Assembly: GCA_038874215.1 (NCBI GenBank)
Contig: JAVZCV010000029.1
Location: 1 to 10,516 of the forward strand
Reading direction: 5' to 3'
DNA length: 10,516 nt
Source: Candidatus Micrarchaeia archaeon
GTDB lineage: Archaea > Micrarchaeota > Micrarchaeia > Burarchaeales > JAVZCV01
Below the pieces are notes generated by a model. It saw nothing but the letters and a program-made list of their open reading frames with translations, was not told the DNA's origin and ran no database searches. Numbering within the stretch: the stretch's first letter is position 1; every line of letters begins with the position of its first letter. Below are positions 1 to 7,700 of the stretch, in pieces. Position numbers and translations under genes: made by a program.

Positions 1-238
1 AAGCAGCCTGAAAAAATAGATTATAAAAAAATTTTTCTCTGGCGATGCTAATCTCTATAACTTTAATGTTTTTTCTTTTTCCCACGCGCTCCTCCAGGCG
101 AAATCCAGCCGTACGCCTGAACGGTGTACCCATAACCTTGTTTATACCGTTGGGCATGTGTCTGACAAGTTCCCCTATATAGACCCCCACTCCTCCTATT
201 GAGGGCAAAAATTCTGGTGCTAGCAGGCAGACGTTCAT
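1..238 (-). CDS. Glycosyltransferase family 4 (GT-B fold), N-terminal part; runs off the left edge
   Basis: Manual translation from ATG at 238 gives MNVCLLAPEFLPSIGGVGVYIGELVRHMPNGINKVMGTPFRRTAG...FFYNLFFQAA, open to the edge, with an in-frame TAG 8 codons upstream. The pattern 'hydrophobic strand-P-x-x-GG-x-x-x-Y-helix' is the typical GT4 N-terminus. Not listed in the ORF track. Confidence 0.85.
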   Translation of the reverse strand, partial: MNVCLLAPEFLPSIGGVGVYIGELVRHMPNGINKVMGTPFRRTAGFRLEERVGKRKNIKVIEISIAREKFFYNLFFQAA

Positions 239-270
239 CAGATGACCTAAGTCTATACCCTACGAGATGA

Positions 271-314
271 TAAAAAAGCATCGTTTATTTAAAGCGCACA
301 TCAGTTTTTAATTT
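271..314. promoter_or_regulatory. Putative divergent archaeal promoter region (TATA-like boxes)
   Basis: AT-rich TTTATTTAAA (284-293) and TTTTTAAT (305-312) lie between the divergent GT4 and DUF1616-like genes. Confidence 0.4.
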
Positions 315-334
315 TGAACATAAACAAGAGAAGC

Positions 335-1378
335 ATGGTTAAACAAGGGATATACCTTATAGTTGCGACACTTATATGCTCACTCCTCATATATTTTTCC
401 TCATCGCTTAAACTCCTACCTTTAAACATCATTTTTGGGCTTCTCTTCACTCTTTTTCTACCTGGATTTTGTCTTCTATACCTTATAATAAACGACCCAA
501 GGGAATTCACACCAATAGAATATCTCTCTCTTGTTTTGGTTCTAAGTTTCTGCTTTCTTTCAATTGTTGGTATTCTCTTGACCGCTCTCGGTTTTCTTAT
601 AACGCACGAAACAACATTCATATCACTTCTTGTAGCAATATTGGTTGTAGTAATTCTTGGAATGCTGCGAAGGAGGTTTCTTCCATTAGGTTTGTTTGAT
701 ATATCTGAATTTAGGGAAAAGGAATGGGAACTCATTTGGAACAAAAAGACAGCTGTGATCTTGTTTGTGGTTCTTATCATCTTTATTCTTCTGCTCCTTA
801 TTTTTATGCAAAGGCCGGCAGAGAATTTCATAAACTTGTACTGGGGTACTTATGTGGTTCAGGATTTTAGAGACATACCAACAAACGATTCCGTCTCGGG
901 CATTGCTAAGTACGCTACCCTTACCATAGAAAACGAAACCATAGGCATACTTCTTTTAGAAAAAAACCAGACATGGTACTATGATATCGTCCTTATTTCA
1001 AATTCTAAAGAAAACAGAACTCTCAAATCTTCGGATAGCTTTTTTATAGGCGATAGGGGATTCACAATATATGCGATAGAGCCTACGGGTTCCAGACTTG
1101 TCGTTGTATCTATCCCAAGAGTCACGCAACGAAGTTTCTTTACCAGCGAATACGTTATAGAATCAAAATATAGATATGATACAAAAGTGAATGTTACTGT
1201 CTACGTAGATGATGAGCCTTTGCAGAAAAAGCAGATATTCCTTAAGTCATGGGAGGTGAAAAAAGATTATCTTACCCTTTCCTTAACGCCAGGCCGGCAC
1301 CAAATAAAAATTATAGCACAACCATTCTTCGGAGAAGAAACGGACATAAGCTTCTGGACGGAGGTAAGGCCGAAATAG
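335..1378 (+). CDS. DUF1616-like integral membrane protein with C-terminal extracytoplasmic beta-rich domain
   Basis: About 5 hydrophobic helices with motifs LFTLFLPGF and IEYLSLVLVLS...IVGILL, as in archaeal DUF1616 proteins, followed by a soluble beta-rich region with several N-x-S/T sequons. ATG at 335 preferred over TTG at 314. Confidence 0.7.
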   Translation: MVKQGIYLIVATLICSLLIYFSSSLKLLPLNIIFGLLFTLFLPGFCLLYLIINDPREFTPIEYLSLVLVLSFCFLSIVGILLTALGFLITHETTFISLLVAILVVVILGMLRRRFLPLGLFDISEFREKEWELIWNKKTAVILFVVLIIFILLLLIFMQRPAENFINLYWGTYVVQDFRDIPTNDSVSGIAKYATLTIENETIGILLLEKNQTWYYDIVLISNSKENRTLKSSDSFFIGDRGFTIYAIEPTGSRLVVVSIPRVTQRSFFTSEYVIESKYRYDTKVNVTVYVDDEPLQKKQIFLKSWEVKKDYLTLSLTPGRHQIKIIAQPFFGEETDISFWTEVRPK

Positions 1379-1383
1379 GTTAT

Positions 1384-1429
1384 GGAAGGTTTAAAATTAT
1401 TACATTCAAAAAGGATACGGTAGGAGGTG
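1384..1429 (+). promoter_or_regulatory. Putative BRE/TATA box and Shine-Dalgarno site of tuf
   Basis: GGAAGG followed by TTTAAAA (1390-1396); GGAGGTG at 1423-1429, 6 nt before ATG 1436. Confidence 0.6.
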
Positions 1430-1435
1430 TTTCTG

Positions 1436-2707
1436 ATGGCTGAAAAAGAGCACATGAACCTGATCTTCATTGGTCATGTAGACCATGGTAAGTCCACAAC
1501 GGTAGGTAGAATTCTATATGATACTGGGGTTCTGTCAGAACAAGATTACAAGAGACTTAAAGAAGAAGCCGAGAAAGTAGGAAAACCAACCTTTGAGCTT
1601 GCATTTGCCATGGATAGACTAAAGGAGGAAAGAGAAAGAGGGCTCACCATAGATATAGCGCACAGGGACTTCAAGACACAGAAATACTACTTTACAATAA
1701 TAGATGCCCCAGGCCATAGGGACTTCGTGAAAAACATGATAACAGGTGCATCGCAAGCGGATGCAGCGGTGCTCGTTTGCTCTGCAAAAGAAGGGATACA
1801 GCCACAGACGAAAGAGCATGCTTTCCTTGCAAAGGTTTTAGGCATACCACAGATGATAGTTGCCATAAACAAAATGGATGCAGTCAACTATGACCGTGTG
1901 AAGTACGAGGAAGTAAAAACGAAATTGGGTGCTCTTCTAAAAAATATAGGCTACAAGACCGATGAAATGCTCTTCATTCCCATATCAGCTCTACAGGGGG
2001 ATAACGTAGCGAAGAAATCATCAAACCTATCCTGGTATACAGGTCCAACGCTTGTAGATGCACTAGATACTTTTAAGGTTCCACCAAAACCAACAGATAA
2101 GCCTCTTCGCATACCAGTGCAAGAAGTTTTCACGATAACAGGCCATGGCACAGTGCCCGTTGGCAGAGTGGAAAGCGGGAAGATGAAGCCTGGTGATGTT
2201 ATAATCTTCATGCCTTCTGGTGCGAAAGGAGAAGTTAAATCAATAGAGATGCACCACCAGCCACTAAATGAGGCAGTGCCAGGCGATAACATCGGATTTA
2301 ACGTAAAAGGAGTTGATAAGAAAGACATAAAGAGGGGGGAAGTCGTAGGTCCTGTTTCAAATCCACCGACAGTTGCAACGAGCTTCAAGGCACAAATCGT
2401 AGTTCTTGACCACCCAACCGCGATAGCGAGAGGTTATACCCCTGTTTTCCACATTCACACAGCGCAAGTCGCATGCAAAATAGTAGACATATTAGAGAAG
2501 AAAGACCCCAAGACGGGCCAGACGCTTGAGAAGAACCCAGAGTTCATAAAGACTGGTGATGTTGCAATAGTGCAAGTAGAGCCATTGAGACCAACAGTAG
2601 TTGAGAAGTTCTCGGAGTTCCCGCCGCTCGGCAGGTTCGCTGTCCGTGATATGGGCCAGACCGTTGCAGCGGGTGTTGTGCTTGAGGTGACGCCAAGGCA
2701 GCAGTAA
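1436..2707 (+). CDS. tuf: Translation elongation factor EF-1alpha (archaeal)
   Basis: [39 protein letters not shown] and C-terminal [18 protein letters not shown] motifs. Start placed at ATG 1436, after the SD. Confidence 0.99.
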   Translation: MAEKEHMNLIFIGHVDHGKSTTVGRILYDTGVLSEQDYKRLKEEAEKVGKPTFELAFAMDRLKEERERGLTIDIAHRDFKTQKYYFTIIDAPGHRDFVKNMITGASQADAAVLVCSAKEGIQPQTKEHAFLAKVLGIPQMIVAINKMDAVNYDRVKYEEVKTKLGALLKNIGYKTDEMLFIPISALQGDNVAKKSSNLSWYTGPTLVDALDTFKVPPKPTDKPLRIPVQEVFTITGHGTVPVGRVESGKMKPGDVIIFMPSGAKGEVKSIEMHHQPLNEAVPGDNIGFNVKGVDKKDIKRGEVVGPVSNPPTVATSFKAQIVVLDHPTAIARGYTPVFHIHTAQVACKIVDILEKKDPKTGQTLEKNPEFIKTGDVAIVQVEPLRPTVVEKFSEFPPLGRFAVRDMGQTVAAGVVLEVTPRQQ

Positions 2708-2724
2708 TTTTTTGCTTTGCTTTT
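2708..2724 (+). terminator. Possible oligo-T terminator/attenuator after tuf
   Basis: TTTTTTGCTTTGCTTTT directly after the stop codon; archaeal terminators are T-tracts. Confidence 0.35.
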
Positions 2725-2764
2725 GCATCTCATCCGCAAGCGATGAGAGCTGGATGGTGCTTTC

Positions 2765-3070
2765 ATGACAAGGGCAAGGATAAAGCTTCTCGGAAGAGAT
2801 CCCAAAGAGCTTGACAGCGTTTGTCAGCAAATAAAAGAAATAACTTCCCAGACAGGCGTTGAGGTAAAAGGCCCCATACCCTTGCCCACAAAGCGCCTAA
2901 AAATATCAACACGGCGCACTCCTTGCGGCGATGGTTCCGACACATATGAAAAGTGGGAGTTCAAAATACACAAGCGTATAATAGATGTCGCAGGAGACGA
3001 GCGGACACTGCGCCAGATAATGCGCGTTCGTGTTCCAGACACAGTTCACATAGAAATAAACATAGAATAA
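2765..3070 (+). CDS. rps10: 30S ribosomal protein S10 (uS10), archaeal type
   Basis: ARIKL...KGPIPLPTKRLKISTRRTPCGDGSDTYEKWEFKIHKRIID; conserved position after tuf. Confidence 0.98.
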   Translation: MTRARIKLLGRDPKELDSVCQQIKEITSQTGVEVKGPIPLPTKRLKISTRRTPCGDGSDTYEKWEFKIHKRIIDVAGDERTLRQIMRVRVPDTVHIEINIE

Positions 3071-3093
3071 CGAGGCTCATCCACCCAATATGC

Positions 3094-3101
3094 TTTTATT
3101 A
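3094..3101 (+). promoter_or_regulatory. Putative TATA box of the tRNA gene
   Basis: TTTTATTA lies 24-31 nt upstream of the mature tRNA 5' end. Confidence 0.4.
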
Positions 3102-3124
3102 CTGATTCGCTATTCTCTACTCGT

Positions 3125-3254
3125 GCCGGGGTGGCAGAGCCTGGTAATGCGCCAGCCGCCTTTTCTCTATTAAAAAGAGAAAAAAATCGGCGAGGCGAAA
3201 CTTGAGATCTGGTTCCCCTCTCGGGGATTATGGGTTCAAATCCCATCCCCGGCG
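3125..3254 (+). tRNA. tRNA-Ser: tRNA-Ser(TGA) with 44-nt intron (3156-3199) at position 30/31
   Basis: Acceptor stem GCCGGGG/CCCCGGC, discriminator G, CCA not encoded. D arm GCAGAGCCTGGTAATGC. Spliced anticodon arm CCAG|A-CT TGA GA-TCTGG. Long variable arm TCCCC-TCTC-GGGGA. T arm ATGGG-TTCAAAT-CCCAT. Mature length 86 nt. Confidence 0.95.
3156..3199 (+). other. tRNA intron with bulge-helix-bulge splice motif
   Basis: Central helix CGCC(3150-3153)/GGCG(3194-3197) with 3-nt bulges AG|C and AA|A. Cutting after the second nucleotide of each bulge restores a perfect anticodon stem. The intron itself folds as CGCC/GGCG plus TTTTCTCT/AGAGAAAA. Confidence 0.9.
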
Positions 3255-3285
3255 CATATACTACGAAACCAATCGGTGCATTCGC

Positions 3286-3765
3286 ATGAAACTTTCAATA
3301 AGAAAGGGTTTTAGCTTTGGCTTAACATCAGGCATCATAACAACGCTCGGCTTAATAGTTGGCTTGCACTCGGGTACGCATTCAACTGCCGTTGTTATCG
3401 GCGGCATTCTCGTTATAGCGATAGCCGACGCATTATCGGATGCGCTTGGCATGCACATGTCAGAGGAATCCGAAAACAAGCATACGCCACAGGAGATATG
3501 GGAATCTACAATTGCCACTTTTCTCGCAAAGTTCGTATTTGCCCTTACTTTCTTAGTCCCCATCCTGCTTTTACCCTTGGATTTTGCCATAATTGCGAGC
3601 GTGTTTTGGGGTCTTCTTCTCCTAGCTATTCTCAGCTATAGGATGGCGAAGGCACAGAACGTTCGGCCATACGAGGTTGTTTTTGAGCATTTGCTCATAG
3701 CCATCGTCGTTATCATTATAACCCATTATGTTGGGGACTGGGTCGGTGCTACCTTTGGTTCTTAA
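3286..3765 (+). CDS. VIT1/CCC1-family membrane protein (putative Fe/Mn transporter, short prokaryotic type)
   Basis: FGLTSGIITTLGLIVG and IAIADALSDALGMHMSEESE motifs, about 5 TM helices. Start at ATG 3286, because the longer ORF overlaps the tRNA. Confidence 0.8.
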   Translation: MKLSIRKGFSFGLTSGIITTLGLIVGLHSGTHSTAVVIGGILVIAIADALSDALGMHMSEESENKHTPQEIWESTIATFLAKFVFALTFLVPILLLPLDFAIIASVFWGLLLLAILSYRMAKAQNVRPYEVVFEHLLIAIVVIIITHYVGDWVGATFGS

Positions 3766-4775
3766 TCCACTCTTTTTCCTTTTACAACAACTACAAAAAC
3801 AAGCAAAACAAAAACGAGAATTACCATGGCAAGCACATAACTCAAAAACTGAATAATACCCTCCATCTTATTCGCCTGTTTAATACATCTGCAATCTGGG
3901 AAAGCCAACTGCGTCTCGTTTTCACCACACTTCTTGGGGCATTCCTCCTCATGCTCTGAAACGCATGTGCATTCTGGCGATGGCATCTGCACAAACCCTA
4001 TCGGGCAGCCTACATTACAACCGATGCGGGGCGAACTCTTGCATGTGCAGTCTGGGTAGGGTTGCTGCACAGTCCCGTAGGGACAACTACTGCCGCACGG
4101 TTTTAATGTCAATACTATTGGCTTGTATGCAGGTTCTGGCTGGCGACTAAAGTTCTTGATAATCTTCTTGATAAAATTATCGGAATCTATCTCTACATCA
4201 TACCAAAACTCATCTATAGCATTTGCCAACGGGCCTATAGAACGTCCTTCTACACGAACTCCGAACATTCCAGACTCGTTGCTTATCGTTTCTAAGGAAA
4301 AATTTGAACCAATACGTTTTATAGTTATTATTGCACCAGAAATAGGCTTTCCTGACGAGTCTTCAAGTCTCCCAGAAACCCAGGAGTATCTTCTTTTTAA
4401 AGTAATATTTATTGGAACCTCGTAAATCGCATACGAACCACTCCCCAAATACTCCCCATTCTCCCCACGTGCATCATTTATCCACTCATATGCGTTTGCA
4501 GACACAACATTTTCGTCAGTATTTGTACAGAACGAAACATTGTAAAATCCCTCTGAGTTAGTTCGAACGTTATCCCCTACACCTATAAATACTTCAGAAT
4601 CCCCTCCAACCATGATTCTTATATTTGGGAGCGGATCACGTGTTTCTTCATCAACAACATAACCGTAGATACCGGTTACCTCATAATATCCGGGAGGGCA
4701 CGACAGCGCAAAAGAAAGGATAGGAAACAATATTAAAAAAATAAATACGGATTGCTTTGTTTTGTTGACCTTCAT
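3762..4775 (-). CDS. Membrane-anchored surface protein: signal peptide, two carboxypeptidase-regulatory-like beta-sandwich domains, three Cys-rich repeats, C-terminal TM helix
   Basis: N-terminal signal (...FPILSFA/LSC); GYVVDEETRDPLPNIRI...TNSEGFY and SGRLEDSSGKPISGAIITI...SNESGMF; three C-x3-C...P[DE]C-x-C units; hydrophobic tail followed by KGKRVD. ATG 4775 overlaps the upstream stop (TGATG). Confidence 0.75.
   Translation of the reverse strand: MKVNKTKQSVFIFLILFPILSFALSCPPGYYEVTGIYGYVVDEETRDPLPNIRIMVGGDSEVFIGVGDNVRTNSEGFYNVSFCTNTDENVVSANAYEWINDARGENGEYLGSGSYAIYEVPINITLKRRYSWVSGRLEDSSGKPISGAIITIKRIGSNFSLETISNESGMFGVRVEGRSIGPLANAIDEFWYDVEIDSDNFIKKIIKNFSRQPEPAYKPIVLTLKPCGSSCPYGTVQQPYPDCTCKSSPRIGCNVGCPIGFVQMPSPECTCVSEHEEECPKKCGENETQLAFPDCRCIKQANKMEGIIQFLSYVLAMVILVFVLLVFVVVVKGKRVD
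3885..4097 (-). repeat. Three degenerate 26-aa (78-nt period) four-cysteine repeats
   Basis: CGSSCPYGTVQQPYPDCTC, CNVGCPIGFVQMPSPECTC and CPKKCGENETQLAFPDCRC start at 4097, 4019 and 3941. Confidence 0.85.
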
Positions 4776-7700
4776 CAACTAACCCCGGGATAGCGGCACA
4801 TAGTGCCGATATCACTAGCCATCAGTGGTCTTTTACGTACACGTAAGCAAGTTTTTGGAGCTTCTATTATCTCCCCGCCCCCAAAGTACATCACGACATG
4901 ACTGCCCCCTCTATTTATTATTATATCGCCCGGCCGAAGCTCTGATGGATTATCTATTCTTATTGCTCCTGAGGCGCTACACATATCAGCTGCCCCTCTA
5001 TTATTAAGAAATGTATAGCCACAATCAGCATATGCGCGGGCGACAAAGCCAGAGCAGTCAAGATATATGGCCTCCCCGGCATGACTCCCCGCATCGTTGC
5101 ACACTTCCGTAACGCATCGTGGGCTACCACCGGGTATTGTGGTTCGCATTCCGCTACCGCTCCCACACGTATCCTCTGGGCTTGTTATAATATCAGTTCC
5201 AATGCACGATACGCCCGTGTACCCCCCATGCCCTCCCCCGTAAAGATACGGACATCCGAGGTAAGCAGCAGCGGCCGAAGTAACGCAGTTAGATCCGCCA
5301 CCGGTAATGCCACCTATACCAGGACCTCTTGTTATTTTGCAACTCATCTCGCATCCCGTGTTTGAATTAGGATTCTCTTCACCGAATATCGCATCAAATC
5401 TCGCTATTACCTTACAGGGGTAATTGGTCTGGTCAGCCGCACCAGGAACTACATTATAAACACAGGCGAATTCAAAGAAATCTGATTCAGAGCCGCAAAC
5501 TGCAGGGTTTCCATCAGGATCACTCCCACCATCTCTACAGCATACTGTCTGCTGTCTGCACCACTCATAGCCAGCCCAGCTTTGGGCACCGGAATCGCAA
5601 CAGTTATCATAATAAACATCCCCCGTATCGGGGTCTTCTACTCTCTCACAATAATTTTCTGGTCCAGGATCTCTACAATACTTTAAACTAATCCAATCCC
5701 AGAAAACCTGCTTTGCACCTTCAACGCCCCTGTTGTAAGCGAGAAGCGTGAAAAACATTATGACCCATCTGTCCCAATACTCCTCAGGATCGCCGCTTAG
5801 ACCCAACTCTTCCCGGACATTAACATATTGCGGCACCGCGGGATTTACACGATACTGGGAAGGAACCTGCTCGCTCTCACTTTCCACAAATCTCTTCATC
5901 TCCTCCCATGCATTGCACAGCTCGCTCACACCGCAACAGATGTTCTCAGCAGGCTTAAACGGGTTATAGCCATTCGGGTCGCCACAGCTAAGGTCAGGAC
6001 CGCATACGCTCTTCCCATACATGCTCGTCATAGTGTTAGTGCTTGATATCGTCTGCATCAATCCGCATGCAATTCCCTCATCACCATGAGGACAATTGGA
6101 AAGTGCACTTGTTTTTTCAGGGCTTGCAGGCGTGTTTATAAGACATCCGCTCGTGTCATCATCCCGTACCCCATACGTGCTCTCACAAGAAACTGCGTAC
6201 TGATCAAATTCGCTTTCAAGCCACATTACTGCTCTTACCATAAGCGGGTCAAACTCGCACTTCTCAGCATTCTCCCTTATCAGGTAATCATAAGGTACGC
6301 ATATCTTCTCATAGCGTGGATCAGGACTAACACCAGTATTCGGGTCTGGAGATTGGATTGGTGGGAGCGGTCCCCCACCCCACGCAACCCATTCGCGTGG
6401 CGGCTTTGGGGGGCTGAGACAGTATTCGCATCCAAAATACCTTGGCATAGGCACGATGGTGCATCTGCATACACCGTCAGGATATTTTTTAATAACCTGC
6501 CCGTTTGGGCATCCGACTTCACAGTTCTGACAATTGGCATCACAGTTTACGGGCTTTCCATACCTATATGCTTTAAACTCTTTGTATCTCTCCGGTTCTA
6601 TTTTTGGGTCGGGTTCTGTTTCACCAAGTATGTTCATATACTGCTGATAAACGTCACCAGCGTCGCAGAAAGACAGGTTTGCCCCCCTGCCCGCGAATAC
6701 GAGGGGAACCTGGAGAAAGTCATCCGATTCCATCCTAAAAACCCCAGGCGATTTCTTTACAATACGGCTAACGTTGTAGTACTCCTGGCATCTCCTGAAC
6801 CACATGCTGAAAAACGGGTTTTTCTGCCAGAATTCATTCGTGCCTGAATCCCAAGACCAGAATCCGAAGCTTCCTTCTATCTCTGTTCCCTCAACATTCT
6901 CCCTTGCAATCTCCCCCGTGTAAAACCTACCATCATACCATTGATATCCCGCAAACCCGATTATTCCCGCACTCGTCATATCGGGTATATGGGAAAACAT
7001 GAAATCAACCGCATCCGCCGCAATCTCATCTGTTATCTCGCATTGTATGAAGTCTTCGTTTGTTGGGCTTGTTGTTCCGACGGGTTGTCCTGGCTGGAAG
7101 TCTGGATGGAATTCGTTCATTGGGAAGGGCGGCTTATACCTAGTCGCAACTCCGTAGTAGAGCCATATCGTTGGTATCCCGTAAGTCCACAAAATCCATT
7201 TTGAATACTCTATCATTTCTGCGACAGAGCGCTCTGGCTCGCAGTCAACGTTTTTGTTCATAAGCCCATACAAGCCTATAAAGTCAACTTTTTGGCACAT
7301 CTCAGAATTCCCTCTACCGTTTTTGCATAACTGTTGCTCACTTCCTGCGGGTCCAGGGTCCCCAAGAAGAGCAACAAGCGCTTTCCTATCTTTTGGAACT
7401 GCCACAACAGCACAGCGTAGTGCGCCTTCTGGCACCCAATTATGGTTCACATCAGCATCGCCCGCCTGAACATTTGGGCAGTTTGCCTTTATCGCCCTTA
7501 TCTGCTCCTTTATCTTGTCAACTTCGCTTGCTTCAAACTCTATCTGAGGTGCTATCATCACAAAGCCAAGGTCTTTCTTCTCTGGATTAATTAGGCTTAT
7601 TTTTCTTTCAGGGTCTTTCATGAGCTCCTTTGCGATGTATCCTATCGCTTTTACATCGTTATCCGTAAGCGATCTTCTCTTTCCATTCTCATCAACTACA

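Noticed and set aside
63-281. Listed 72-aa ORF and apparent stem-loops (possible ncRNA; CTGATGA hammerhead-like word on the minus strand)
   Set aside because: The region is explained by the GT4 reading frame starting at 238. The remaining hammerhead, SRP or RNase P consensus elements are absent.
3203-3205. Selenocysteine or suppressor tRNA interpretation
   Set aside because: The anticodon is TGA, which reads UCA (Ser), not TCA. The acceptor and T stems are the standard 7/5.
301-3246. Antisense and alternate-frame ORFs over the DUF1616-like gene, tuf, rps10 and the tRNA
   Set aside because: Shadow ORFs of well-supported genes, with no recognisable motifs.
3202-3285. N-terminal extension of the 187-aa ORF
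   Set aside because: It overlaps the tRNA 3' exon; family similarity begins at Met 3286.
3885-4097. CRISPR-like periodicity (78 nt)
   Set aside because: The repeats are degenerate at DNA level, in frame, and conserved as protein (Cys pattern); there are no identical direct repeats with spacers.
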